DNA of 64,000 nucleotides from a virus (IMGVR_UViG_3300025789_000822:1-64000), one strand, 5' to 3'. Positions 19,459 to 29,965 are shown, counted from the first letter of the stretch. Notes: a model not told the origin generated them from the letters alone. Translations and numbers: made by a program.

Positions 19459-20079
19459 TTATCCTTGCAATGCTTGTAATACTAATTGATAGTTACGTTG
19501 TCTTTCTTCAATGCCAATTGTTCCACCATTGATACGTTTTGTTAACATAACAAAATCACCACTGTCACAATATTGATTCAAGTTATTATTGTCCCAAAAC
19601 CATCCTGCACTTGCTGTAGCACCTTCAGGTGTTTCCATATATGCAACTGTTTCTTCAATTCCCAAACCCAATGCTTGTGCAAATTTTGTATAGTTAATAC
19701 GACCTGTCAATTGAATTAATCCACGACCACAGAAACGATATCCATCACCACTGTCTTCATCTCCATTTCCCATGCGATTTGCATAAACACGATTGGCAAT
19801 TCTTTCAGGTTGTCTTGCATATTGACTTGCGGTTTCTTGATCTGGAAAATACTTGTGAAAAGTGGTCATTAAACCTTTGTCACTATAGTTTAGATTTTCT
19901 TTGATAAAATTAAAACCACCTGACTCATGTCCTGTTTGTGCAACAAAACCTGCTACTCTATGAATATTATCAAACATATCATAGTATTGTGCTACTGTGT
20001 TTAATGGTTCTAAATATTTTTCTAACACATCATGGTGTGATTTAGGGAAAACTTGAGATAGTAAATCTAGTGTGATCAT
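19459..20079 (-). CDS. GH19 (chitinase-like) lysozyme/endolysin
   Basis: AQTGHESGGF, ENLNYS, YANRMGNGDEDSGDG, GRGLIQLTGR.NY, TKRINGG. Confidence 0.92.
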   Translation of the reverse strand: MITLDLLSQVFPKSHHDVLEKYLEPLNTVAQYYDMFDNIHRVAGFVAQTGHESGGFNFIKENLNYSDKGLMTTFHKYFPDQETASQYARQPERIANRVYANRMGNGDEDSGDGYRFCGRGLIQLTGRINYTKFAQALGLGIEETVAYMETPEGATASAGWFWDNNNLNQYCDSGDFVMLTKRINGGTIGIEERQRNYQLVLQALQG

Positions 20080-20095
20080 TGTTATATTCCTTTTA

Positions 20096-23000
20096 TTATG
20101 AGTAAGTTGCGCTTACTGTGTACCACTGAGTTGTAGTAGGTGCAATAAACTGTAATGTTGCACCGTTGCCTGGCATAGTAAATGCGGCATTTGTTGATAA
20201 ACTATTAATTGCACCACCTGATCCAGGGTACACGTTTAATGTGTTAGCACTTGTATTTGTAATATAAATTACAGCTCCGGCAACTGCGGGTAATTGAACG
20301 CCGTTCGCACCTGATGCTACTGTACTTACAACGTTAATTTCTTTAGTTAATGCTGTTGCAGTACCCTGTGTTGATCCTGCGGCTGATATTGATGTACCAA
20401 TTGAACGAATATGATATGAAGTGGCTACTAAATTAGCACCACTAATGTTACCACTTGCTGATACAGAAGAGAATGTTCCACTTACGTTAGCCGCATTGAT
20501 TGTAGCAGTTGTTTGTAAATAACCTGCTGCTGCGGTACCACCTAAATACAACGCATTATTTGCTGTTGCTACCGTTCCTGACACGTTAGCTCCGGCTACC
20601 GAGTTAGCAGTTGTGGCATAAGCAACAGCACCTGTTACGTTTGCCCCTGTGATTGCTGTTAATCCACTACCTGTGCCATTTGTCAATAGATAACTTGCTG
20701 CCGCAGTACCACCCAAATATGCTGAGTTATTTGCACTTGCTACTGTACCTGATACATTAGCACCGGCTACTGAGTTAGCGGTTGCGGCAAAATTTACTTG
20801 ACCACTTACATTGGCTCCTGCCACTGCATTCGCAGTAGTTGCATATGTAGCAAGATTTACTGCACCACTTACATTAGCGCCCGCTACTGAGTTAGCAGTA
20901 GTTGCATAAGCAACAGCACCCGTAACGTTGGCTCCGGCAACTGAGTTTGCAGTCGTTGCGTATGCAACTGCACCACTTACGTTAGCACCTGCAACTGCAT
21001 TAGCAGTAGTTGCATATGTAGCAAGACCAACTGCACCGGTAACATTTGAACCAGCTACTGAGTTTGCTGTTGTTGCATATGCGACTGCACCACTTACGTT
21101 AGCTCCAGCAACTGCATTAGCCGTAGTTGCATAAGCAACAGCACCAGTAACATTGGCTCCGGCTACTGAGTTTGCAGTACCTGCTGTTACAGCATAAGTT
21201 GCATTAGCCACTGTACCTGATATATTACTAGCTTGGATATTACTTAAATTATTACCACTACCAATAAAATAGTTTGCACTTACTGCATTACCACCTGATA
21301 CGTTGGCAGCATTGATGTTACCCTGTACAATTAAACTTGTTAGTGTACCAACACTTGTAATATTGGGCTGTGCATTAGTTGTTACTGTGCCTGCTGTAGT
21401 TGCGGCGCCACTTAGTGCACCTACAAATGTAGTAGCAGTCAATGAACCATTTGCTAAATTACCACTAATACTTGAGTTTACATAGTTTTGTGAATTACCA
21501 TTTGATGCTGATGTTACAAATGTAGGATATACTGATGTTGCACTTGATGTATTAGTTTGTATACCGACAGCATTAGTAGCAAAAGCCGCATTCGCAACAG
21601 TACCTGTTACGTTTGCACCCGGCAATGCTGTTAAGTTTGCTCCGCTACCTGCAAAATAATTTGCGCTTACTAAATTACCACCCGAGATATTACCTGCATT
21701 GATATTGCCAGTAACAATTAAACTTGTTAATGTACCAACACTTGTAATATTAGGCTGCGCATTTGTTGTTAATGTACCAGTAAAATAATTAGCAGTAACT
21801 AGATTGCCACCCGCAACGTTAGCTGCTGAAACATTCCCCGATACAGTCAATAGATTACTGGTTTTGTTGAATGTAAGTCCCGCTTGAGCCGCAAAACTAC
21901 CTGAATCATTAAATAATACCTGTGTATTTGAACCAGGCGCTGTTGTTAGTGATGTTGCATTGATCCAACTTAGATTTCCTGAACCATTTGTTACTAAGAA
22001 ATAACCACTACTACCACCGGTGATGATTACGTTACCAACTGGTCCTAGGTTACTAACACCATTAACATTTAATCCTGTTAATGTTCCAAGACTTGTGATA
22101 TTTGGTTGACTTGCTGTGTTTACTGTGCCAATCAAATTACCAACAAATGTGTTAGCAATAACATTACTACTTGTAACTTGTAATACATTTCCTGTACCAG
22201 CCACGTTAACGTTGAAATTACCATTGGTATCTAATGACGCTTTGCTTGTACCGTTTAAGATGTAAGAACCGGCTGCAACAGAGATGTTGGTAATGTTACT
22301 ACCATCACCGTATAAGTATTCACCTTTTACTATACCTGAGTTAGAATAAACGTTACCTGATATTGTATTACCAGTAACGGTCAATGATGTTAATGTGCCT
22401 ACACTAGTGATATTGGGTTGTGCATTAGTATACACCGTTCCTGATACCACTGCGTTATTTACCGGACTTGTTACATTTCCACCTGCCACTGCAAAAGCAA
22501 CATTTGCGGTGTTAGCATTTGGAACTGTACCGAATACGTTGGCCCCGGGTATATAACTTAAATTATAAGCGTTTGCATAGATATATCCTGCTCCATAATA
22601 TCCTGGATATCCAAGTTGTAGGGCACCGACATAAAGAGTATTAGTTGTTAAATCCATATTCGGTAAACCTGAACCTGAACCCACAAGCAATGAATTGTAT
22701 CCACCGGATGCATTATTTGGATCTATACCGACAAGACTTACATTATTTGATGTATTATTACTAATTATTCTGGCATACGTAGAATTAGTAGCATTTGCTA
22801 CAGTACCGCTTACGTTACCACCTGCCACATGATTAGCTACATTAGCAAAATTTACTTGTCCTGTTACGTTAGCACCTGCTACTGAGTTCGCAGTTGTTGC
22901 ATAAGCGACAGCACCACTTACGTTTGCACCAGCTACATTATTTGCTACGTTAGCATAATTAACTTGTCCAGTTACATTAGCACCTGCTAAGTTTGTTAAT

Positions 23001-24619
23001 CCTGCACCATTACCAACAAATACTGTATTGGCTATAATGTTACCTGCACTAATATTACCACTACTTGATACAACTAGATTTGATAATGTTCCAACACTTG
23101 TGATATTTGGTTGTGCGTTTGTATACACCGTACCTGCAATCAATGCATTACCTACTTGTCCACTTACGTTAGAACCAGTAACACTATTTGCTGATCCTGC
23201 TACACCCGAATATGCGGCATAATTTGCATTGGCTACGATACCTGATACATTAGCACCAGCAACTGCATTTGCAGTTCCTGCAAAACTTACTTGACCTGTT
23301 ACGTTAGCACCAGCTACTGAGTTAGCTGTTGTTGCGTATGCTACTGCACCACTGACATTAGCACCTGCTACTGCATTTGCTGTTCCTGCGTATGTTGCAA
23401 AATTGATTGTACCTGTGATATTTGCGGCGGCTACGCTATTTGCTACGGCGGCTACGTTTGAAAATGCCGCGTAGTTTGCGTTAGCAACAGTACCAGTGAC
23501 ATTAGCACCAGCAACTGCATTAGCAGTTCCGGCTGTAACAGCATACGTTGCGTTTGCTACGGTGCCTGTAATGTTAGCGGCTTGAATGTTACTTAAATTG
23601 TTGCCACTACCGATAAAATAATTTGCTGTAACAGCATTACCTAAGTTAGCATTACCAGCAGAAATATTACCTGTTACTGCTAATGATGTTAATGTACCTA
23701 CACTTGTAATATTTGGCTGTGCATTGGTTGTTACTGTACCTGCTGTTGTAGCAGTTGTGGCACTTGATACAGTACCACTTACGTTGGAACCAGCAACGTG
23801 ATTTGCTACATTAGCATAATTAACTTGACCGCTTACGTTAGCGCCTGCTACTGCGTTTGCTGTTCCTGCGGTAACCGCATATGTTGCATTGGCTACGGTA
23901 CCACTTACATTGGCCCCTGCTACTGCGTTTGCTGTTCCTGCATATGTTGCAAGACCAACTGCGCCTGAGACATTTAACCCTTGAATGTTACTGATGTTTC
24001 CACCTTCACCAATAAATGTTTGTGCTTTGATAGAGCCTGAATTTGCATAAACATTGCCAGCAGTTACATTAGTCGTTACTGCTATGTTACTTGAGAATAC
24101 ACCCGTGCTTGCACCGATGTTACCAACGTTGGCATTACCAGTAACAGTTAACGTAGTGTTTGAAGTAACCGTATTGGCAACTAAATTACCTGATAATGAT
24201 AAACTAGGAAAACTTACAGAACTATTTGATACGATACTATTAGCAGTTAATGTACCTGAAATACTAATATTATTTACACCGGCAATGTTAGCAGGGAGAT
24301 CAACGATAGCAACTTGGCTAGAACTGGTAATAACAGCAGTACCACCCGCATTTGAAGAATTATTTGATCCTGTTCCTACACTAAGGGTAGTTGTTGAGAT
24401 TTGTACACATGCAATATTAGCAGATACGACTACATTCCCTGTAGGGGCGTTAACGCTGATACCTGCACCCGGAGTTTGATTAACACTTAATACAGCTTGT
24501 TGTTCAAGACCAGTAAAAAGTTGTGTGAAGTTATCTTGTACCTTTTGGAAGGCAGTTCTAATAGCATCTGCGCTAGGATCGTTGGGGAATGAACCAAAGT
24601 CAATATTCTGTTGTGACAT
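20096..24619 (-). CDS. Long tail-fibre/adhesin-like protein with 18-21-aa repeats
   Basis: N-terminal IDFG..PNDP.AD.IRTAF.K anchor. Many AVAYATTANSVAGANVSG units and several AQPNITSVGTL units. Confidence 0.75.
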   Translation of the reverse strand: MSQQNIDFGSFPNDPSADAIRTAFQKVQDNFTQLFTGLEQQAVLSVNQTPGAGISVNAPTGNVVVSANIACVQISTTTLSVGTGSNNSSNAGGTAVITSSSQVAIVDLPANIAGVNNISISGTLTANSIVSNSSVSFPSLSLSGNLVANTVTSNTTLTVTGNANVGNIGASTGVFSSNIAVTTNVTAGNVYANSGSIKAQTFIGEGGNISNIQGLNVSGAVGLATYAGTANAVAGANVSGTVANATYAVTAGTANAVAGANVSGQVNYANVANHVAGSNVSGTVSSATTATTAGTVTTNAQPNITSVGTLTSLAVTGNISAGNANLGNAVTANYFIGSGNNLSNIQAANITGTVANATYAVTAGTANAVAGANVTGTVANANYAAFSNVAAVANSVAAANITGTINFATYAGTANAVAGANVSGAVAYATTANSVAGANVTGQVSFAGTANAVAGANVSGIVANANYAAYSGVAGSANSVTGSNVSGQVGNALIAGTVYTNAQPNITSVGTLSNLVVSSSGNISAGNIIANTVFVGNGAGLTNLAGANVTGQVNYANVANNVAGANVSGAVAYATTANSVAGANVTGQVNFANVANHVAGGNVSGTVANATNSTYARIISNNTSNNVSLVGIDPNNASGGYNSLLVGSGSGLPNMDLTTNTLYVGALQLGYPGYYGAGYIYANAYNLSYIPGANVFGTVPNANTANVAFAVAGGNVTSPVNNAVVSGTVYTNAQPNITSVGTLTSLTVTGNTISGNVYSNSGIVKGEYLYGDGSNITNISVAAGSYILNGTSKASLDTNGNFNVNVAGTGNVLQVTSSNVIANTFVGNLIGTVNTASQPNITSLGTLTGLNVNGVSNLGPVGNVIITGGSSGYFLVTNGSGNLSWINATSLTTAPGSNTQVLFNDSGSFAAQAGLTFNKTSNLLTVSGNVSAANVAGGNLVTANYFTGTLTTNAQPNITSVGTLTSLIVTGNINAGNISGGNLVSANYFAGSGANLTALPGANVTGTVANAAFATNAVGIQTNTSSATSVYPTFVTSASNGNSQNYVNSSISGNLANGSLTATTFVGALSGAATTAGTVTTNAQPNITSVGTLTSLIVQGNINAANVSGGNAVSANYFIGSGNNLSNIQASNISGTVANATYAVTAGTANSVAGANVTGAVAYATTANAVAGANVSGAVAYATTANSVAGSNVTGAVGLATYATTANAVAGANVSGAVAYATTANSVAGANVTGAVAYATTANSVAGANVSGAVNLATYATTANAVAGANVSGQVNFAATANSVAGANVSGTVASANNSAYLGGTAAASYLLTNGTGSGLTAITGANVTGAVAYATTANSVAGANVSGTVATANNALYLGGTAAAGYLQTTATINAANVSGTFSSVSASGNISGANLVATSYHIRSIGTSISAAGSTQGTATALTKEINVVSTVASGANGVQLPAVAGAVIYITNTSANTLNVYPGSGGAINSLSTNAAFTMPGNGATLQFIAPTTTQWYTVSATYS
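20570..21230 (-). repeat. Degenerate 54/63-bp coding tandem repeats
   Basis: About 10 successive (AV/QV)(xxx)AYATTAN[SA]VAGANV[ST]G units. A second array lies at about 22800-23960. Confidence 0.85.
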
Positions 24620-24671
24620 ATCTAATTACCTTATGTTGTATTTATCGTTTTCAGTATAAACACTCCCAACC

Positions 24672-24701
24672 AAAAAAATACCCGACTATTGCCGGGTATT
24701 T
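24672..24701 (-). terminator. Rho-independent terminator
   Basis: AAATACCCG/CGGGTATTT stem with a minus-strand T-tract, downstream of the 1019-aa gene. Confidence 0.8.
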
Positions 24702-24717
24702 GATTTAATTTGCGATT

Positions 24718-27700
24718 TTATTTAAGACCTGCTAACTTTTTCCAATCATTGATAGAATCTTTTGATTCGCTGATTTGGCGATTCAATTGACTTGCAACAA
24801 CTGGAATTGTTGTTTGACCAGTAGATTTTTGTTTATTCAATCCACCAGCAATAACTTTAGTCATAAAGTCAATATCTTGTTCAAAAGTAGTATCTGATAC
24901 TGACTTACCAGGACCTGCATCATTTGCCCATTCATCAAGTTTCTTGTCTTTTTTATCATCGTATTCAATTTCTTTTTTGACTTTTTTGCCTGCACGTTCT
25001 GCCTTGTTGTCATCTTTACCTTTATGACCTTCGTCATATTCGATATCTTTGGCAACTTTTTTAGCAGCCTTTTCAGCTTTGTCGTCTTTCTCAGCAGTTG
25101 ATTCTTTACCTTCAATCATTGCTAATTTCTTGTAAAGACTTTCAAAAGCAAAAGATTCTTCTACTGCTTCTTCTTCGTCACCGCATTCGCATGGGTCTTT
25201 ATGGCATGTTGGGCAAACTTCGCTTTCTTCCATGTTCTCTTCTTCAAGAGGACCTTTTTTGTCTGCGATTGCCAGTGATGTGTTAGCAGCATTATTACCT
25301 TTAGTTGCATTCATTGAGTTTGCTGAACCATTGTCTGGTGGATTATCTTCTGCAACTTCGTATGCCATTTGATCTTCTGATTCAACTTCATCAACAACTT
25401 CTTTATCGCCGTGATCGCAACCGCAAGATTCATAAGCCATACCGCATTCGTTACATGCTTCTTCATCAGTGCTTTCTTCGTCAGCATAGTCTTCTGCATC
25501 ATGTGAATGACTGTGATCATCGCCACCTGACATTTTTTTCATCAATGCCATCATACCTTCATGGTCATCAACAACGTCAATTTTTGGCATTGCTGGTTCA
25601 ATTTCTACTGAAGTTTCGCCAGGAATTGTTGCTGGTAGTTGTTCACCGTGACCTTCTTCGTCACCAAAGATACCTAAACCAGCTTGTTTAATGAAAGCAA
25701 GAACTTGGTCTGCTTCGCTGTCACTAGCATTGATACTTACTGAATCAGGACTACCTTCTTGGCCTTTGCTTACTGAAACTGTTAGACCTTCGTTAATTTT
25801 AGATTTGCTTTCGTTTAACAAATTGTTTAACTCTTTATCCCATGCTTCAAATGCATATTCATCAATCTTGCTGTCATGATTACTTGTATCGGTAAATGTT
25901 TTTCCACCTACCGTAAACTTGCCACCTTTAGGTGTTTTAGCAAGTGCACCAGTAAATGCATTACCTTCTTCAACACCATTTAATTCGTTCATTACGTTAC
26001 GAACCCAAGCACTTACGTCACTTGTACCAATTTCGTCTAAGCCACTTAAGTGACCACAGCAATTTTCAACTGCTGCCATGACTTTTTCTGGGCCATGTTT
26101 TGCTAACAAATTAGGATGTTGTCTAATGATACGATTGATAACTGCACTCTTAGCGGCTTCGCTTGAATCGTGATCTTCAGTCATACCACCTGCCATTGCT
26201 TGACTTGCCATTCCTGGAGTTGTTGCCGCTGGTTGCATGCCTTCTGTTTCCATCATACCTGCACTACTCATGCCATAACACTCATCTAGGCCTTCTTTGT
26301 AGCCTTGATGATAAGCCATGCACTCGTCCATATCTTCATAGTTCTTACCACAATGTGGATGACCTTTTAATCCATGTGCTTTACCTTCTAGTCTTGCTGC
26401 CATGACTTTGTGATTAGCACTTTCTTTAACTGCTTTTTTCTTTTTATCAGCGGCAGCTTTTTTCATTGATTCTTTTTTGTCGCCATCTTTGTCTAAGTCA
26501 ATATAATCTGGCTTAGCTTTTTTGCCTTCATTTGTAGGTTTACCCATAGCACCTATTTGACCACGATTATTACCCCAGAATGTTTCAGTCAACATTAACA
26601 ATATTGTTCCAACCATGATTAAAAGTTCACCACCGCCACCAAAACCTGCCATACCAGTTAGTGCAGAACCACCAATTGCTTGTGCGGCGCCTGCGCCAAG
26701 ACCTACTACGTGTAATAGTTGAAGCAATTTACCTTGCCAGTTGCCTGCTAAACCTTCGTTGACTGCGGCTTGTGCTGGCGCTTGTTTACCCATTTTATCA
26801 AAGCCAAATGCTTGTGCCACTTTCAATGCATTTTCTCTGCTAGGAGTAAAATCACCACCTGTAATTTGTTTTACTTTAGTTGCAATCTCTTGTACAGGTA
26901 AAAACTTCATTACTCTAGGTAAAATTGATTTGATCTTATCCATCATACCTTCGTCTATACGTGTCTTATGCATTGTTTTCATTTTGCTTTCAAAAGCGTT
27001 AGGATTACGGACGGCGCCTAAGTTTGCGCCTTCTGTGTCAATACCTTGAGTTGAAGCAATATCTGCCTCTTTGATTTTCTTCAATTGCGAACCTGCGATG
27101 CGTTTTGCTGCCTCTACACCATACTTAGGTGTTAGTTTACGAACCAATGCATCAAAGCCTGTTGTAGCATTGTTATGTTTGCCTATATCTTTTTCATCCA
27201 ACTCTTCTTCAGACATAGGTTGTGTTGTACCTTGTTGAGTTTGTTGACCTTGTTGAGGTTGTTGTGTTTGTTGTTGACCTTGTGGAGTAACAACTGAAAG
27301 TTTCTTTTGTTGTGCTAAGTTATTGATAGTGTCATTTAAAGCCTTACCTGCAGGGCTTTGATCATTTACTGTGATCATACCTGTAGTAGTTGCTTTGTTA
27401 CTACCTTGTTGCATTACTGGAACTGGAGTAGGTGTTTCGTTGATAAGTTCTTTATCTAACTGCTCAAACCAGTCTTTTAGTGTGTGCTTTTTAGTTTTGC
27501 TTTTGTCATATGCAGGTAATTTAACATCTTTACCATGCTTAACACCAAATGCTGAGAAATCATATTTCTTTTCTTCACCTGTTTCAGCATCAGCATTTTT
27601 CTTAGGACGACCACGACCACGAGGTGCTGTATCTTGTTTGACTTTTTTGCCCTCTTCATCTTCATCATCTTTACGACCATAACCACCTGGCTCAGCAGTG

Positions 27701-27777
27701 TGAATACGACCTTTACCAGTCTCTTTTGTAGCCTCTGATAACTGGCTGATCTTTTCTAACATGTCTTTGAAATTCAT
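24718..27777 (-). CDS. Large head-internal (polyprotein-like) protein
   Basis: About 15 [ILVMT]xE^ sites, AT-hook PRGRGRPKK, a hydrophobic hairpin, CxxC motifs, C-terminal WKKLAGLK. Confidence 0.55.
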   Translation of the reverse strand: MNFKDMLEKISQLSEATKETGKGRIHTAEPGGYGRKDDEDEEGKKVKQDTAPRGRGRPKKNADAETGEEKKYDFSAFGVKHGKDVKLPAYDKSKTKKHTLKDWFEQLDKELINETPTPVPVMQQGSNKATTTGMITVNDQSPAGKALNDTINNLAQQKKLSVVTPQGQQQTQQPQQGQQTQQGTTQPMSEEELDEKDIGKHNNATTGFDALVRKLTPKYGVEAAKRIAGSQLKKIKEADIASTQGIDTEGANLGAVRNPNAFESKMKTMHKTRIDEGMMDKIKSILPRVMKFLPVQEIATKVKQITGGDFTPSRENALKVAQAFGFDKMGKQAPAQAAVNEGLAGNWQGKLLQLLHVVGLGAGAAQAIGGSALTGMAGFGGGGELLIMVGTILLMLTETFWGNNRGQIGAMGKPTNEGKKAKPDYIDLDKDGDKKESMKKAAADKKKKAVKESANHKVMAARLEGKAHGLKGHPHCGKNYEDMDECMAYHQGYKEGLDECYGMSSAGMMETEGMQPAATTPGMASQAMAGGMTEDHDSSEAAKSAVINRIIRQHPNLLAKHGPEKVMAAVENCCGHLSGLDEIGTSDVSAWVRNVMNELNGVEEGNAFTGALAKTPKGGKFTVGGKTFTDTSNHDSKIDEYAFEAWDKELNNLLNESKSKINEGLTVSVSKGQEGSPDSVSINASDSEADQVLAFIKQAGLGIFGDEEGHGEQLPATIPGETSVEIEPAMPKIDVVDDHEGMMALMKKMSGGDDHSHSHDAEDYADEESTDEEACNECGMAYESCGCDHGDKEVVDEVESEDQMAYEVAEDNPPDNGSANSMNATKGNNAANTSLAIADKKGPLEEENMEESEVCPTCHKDPCECGDEEEAVEESFAFESLYKKLAMIEGKESTAEKDDKAEKAAKKVAKDIEYDEGHKGKDDNKAERAGKKVKKEIEYDDKKDKKLDEWANDAGPGKSVSDTTFEQDIDFMTKVIAGGLNKQKSTGQTTIPVVASQLNRQISESKDSINDWKKLAGLK

Positions 27778-27797
27778 AATGTGTCGTCCTTAATTAA

Positions 27798-28418
27798 TTA
27801 AACCATTGCACCAGTCTTTGGTTTAGGTGGCATTTTAATTTTAGTCATGGGACTCATGTCACCTAATCGTTTATCGTCTAAGTATGGTTTGAATGGGTCA
27901 AATGCGTTTGGAGTTTTCTTTCCATCGTATTGATATTCAATATTTGAATCTTTTGCTTGATCCTTGATACTGTCTAAGTATGAACCAGCATATGCTTTAC
28001 TTGCAGCCTTTGCGCCTGCTTCTGTTTCTTCTTCATGAGTTAGCACAGGGCTATTTTTCATTTGATTAGCATATTGTTCTGCTTCGCCATTGATACTGTC
28101 ATCATATGCAGAACCAATAACTCGTACCATATTCAAGTTGTATCCTAACAACTGTGCCATTTGTTGAATCATTGGCTCTGTTGCAGGATAACGGAATTTG
28201 CACTTAAGAATAGTAATTGATTCATTGTGAAGATCAGGGAATCCATATGGATCCTTCTGAATGGGCGTGCTTGTTGGCGCTGAGATTTCTACAGGATCAA
28301 ACTTGTTTAGATTATGTTTGAACATTTCCAACCAGTTTTTATCCACTTCACCAGCGATCTTAATAGTGTAATCATATGTATGTACACTTTCAACGATATA
28401 TTGTTTGAGGCTCTTCAT
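27798..28418 (-). CDS. Probable head-associated protein
   Basis: MKSLKQYIVE^S resembles the T4 capsid-targeting sequence. Late promoter at 28439-28444. Confidence 0.55.
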   Translation of the reverse strand: MKSLKQYIVESVHTYDYTIKIAGEVDKNWLEMFKHNLNKFDPVEISAPTSTPIQKDPYGFPDLHNESITILKCKFRYPATEPMIQQMAQLLGYNLNMVRVIGSAYDDSINGEAEQYANQMKNSPVLTHEEETEAGAKAASKAYAGSYLDSIKDQAKDSNIEYQYDGKKTPNAFDPFKPYLDDKRLGDMSPMTKIKMPPKPKTGAMV

Positions 28419-28444
28419 AATTTAATTCCCGTATAATATATTTA

Positions 28445-28927
28445 TCATTTAGTCTCAGTTTTTGCGCTGAGAACTCTAAGCAGTTCGTTGCGATCCAAAG
28501 ACTTGCCTTCACCTAACGGGGTGTTTTCTATTTCTTCTGATTTAGCTGCCTGACGTTGATCCAATGCGGCTTTCTTTAGTTGCAAATCAATCATCTTTAA
28601 TTTTTTATTTAGTTTGGCAGTTTTTGCTGTGATTGCGTGTCCTAATAGATTACTAGCAACACCAAAGATTTCGCTACTAAATCTACTATCTACTTGCATA
28701 CCTAAATCCATTAAATCTTTATAACTGCTTGTTGCTAGGTTGGCTAGTTCATCCATTTCAGTATCAGCGGCTTCTAGTCCTCTGACTTGGGGTAATGCTG
28801 TTTCAATTTTTTCTAGATTACTAAGTGCTTCTGTAGTAATTTCTTGTGCAAATTCGGGGGTAGGCTTCGCCAAAGTGCTTATAACATCTTCAGGAAGCTC
28901 AAATAATTCTTCTAACTTTTTTGTAAT
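28445..28927 (-). CDS. Probable terminase small subunit (gp16-like), likely ATT start
   Basis: Helical core DSRFSSEIFGVASNLL...KLKMIDLQLKK. Frame is open upstream of the TTG to ATT-ACA-AAA-AAG-TTA-GAA, 7 nt after AGGAG. Near the gp4-like gene. Confidence 0.5.
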   Translation of the reverse strand: MTKKLEELFELPEDVISTLAKPTPEFAQEITTEALSNLEKIETALPQVRGLEAADTEMDELANLATSSYKDLMDLGMQVDSRFSSEIFGVASNLLGHAITAKTAKLNKKLKMIDLQLKKAALDQRQAAKSEEIENTPLGEGKSLDRNELLRVLSAKTETK

Positions 28928-28928
28928 T

Positions 28929-29513
28929 TTAATTCTCCTTAGTAAACCATGTACGTTTACCGTTGACTAATTTCCATGATTTACCACGATTAGCATCACC
29001 GCATTTTAATGGATCACTTTGAATACGAATTCTGCGCTGTTCTTCTGCTAGGATTAAAGCTGGCGTTTTGGTTTTCTTTTTTCCTGTCATTCCTAATTTC
29101 ATTTTTTCAATTCTTTCAGGAGTCCAACTAGCTTCTGAACTGCAAGAATTTTTTACAAAGTTTGATACCTCTTCTGGGGTCATTTTTGCTAATATTTCTT
29201 TTCTAGAATTACTTAATTTTTTTCTAGATTCAGTTGACCATGCACCACCGGGGCCAGCTTCCTCTGTTAAGTTAGCCCATTTATCACTTTCAACTACATT
29301 CCACAACTTACTATAATGCAATCCCCAATGAATCAATTCTTCTTCAGATTGGCATTCTTTAATAATTTCAGTAGTTACATCATTCCCGTGTACTTTTAGA
29401 TGATTGGTCCAATATGTGCCGGACCCAAGATATTTGTACGGATCTTTTGATAAAGTTTTACCTAGATATTGTAATCCGGTTTTATTGTGAGTCTTTTTAT
29501 AAAGATATATCAT
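28929..29513 (-). CDS. GIY-YIG (Seg-like) homing endonuclease
   Basis: IYLYKKTHNKTGLQYLGKT...YLGSG...WANLTEE, NUMOD-like C-terminus, own late promoter. Confidence 0.85.
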   Translation of the reverse strand: MIYLYKKTHNKTGLQYLGKTLSKDPYKYLGSGTYWTNHLKVHGNDVTTEIIKECQSEEELIHWGLHYSKLWNVVESDKWANLTEEAGPGGAWSTESRKKLSNSRKEILAKMTPEEVSNFVKNSCSSEASWTPERIEKMKLGMTGKKKTKTPALILAEEQRRIRIQSDPLKCGDANRGKSWKLVNGKRTWFTKEN

Positions 29514-29526
29514 AGAAAGTATTTAG

Positions 29527-29964
29527 TTACTTTCGTGTACCATTTCTAAAAAGATCGTCCTCTGTAATAACTCTAAATGTAAATCCTTGGCTTTGACAAT
29601 AGGCCATAGCCGCTTTCCACTTAGCATGATTAATAGCAACTATCATTCTGTCCTTGGCGTTTGCTACTTTGCTTTCAATAAGACTTTGTTTTTTAGGTTT
29701 TATTTCTACAACTTCTGCTATCTTTTTACCAAACTTGTTTTCATATACTACAAAGAAATCAGGAATATAATTAGTTTTTTTGCCTGTAAAGGGATGAATA
29801 TAAGGAATAATCATAGATTCACTAGCCCAATATAATACATTTTTATGTGTATCACAGAAAGTCATGAATGTTAGTTCCCAACCTGAACGATATCTAGGCT
29901 TATGTTTGCCTATGTATTTTTGTGGTTGAGTGGGAGTAAATTGACCTTGTGCAAATCTAGCCAT
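29527..29964 (-). CDS. Head-completion nuclease (T4 gp4-like, TnsA-type fold)
   Basis: KYIG...YRSGWE..FM..CD...WASE...YIPDF...EIKP..Q...N.AKW.AA...F.VITE. Confidence 0.88.
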   Translation of the reverse strand: MARFAQGQFTPTQPQKYIGKHKPRYRSGWELTFMTFCDTHKNVLYWASESMIIPYIHPFTGKKTNYIPDFFVVYENKFGKKIAEVVEIKPKKQSLIESKVANAKDRMIVAINHAKWKAAMAYCQSQGFTFRVITEDDLFRNGTRK

Positions 29965-29965
29965 A

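Noticed and set aside
20570-23960. Regular 54-63-bp repeats as a CRISPR array
   Set aside because: They are in-frame coding repeats that vary mostly at third positions, with no unique spacers and no cas genes.
29527-29964. TnsA/Tn7 transposon
   Set aside because: The motifs and position match the gp4 head-completion nuclease. No TnsB/C or terminal repeats are present.
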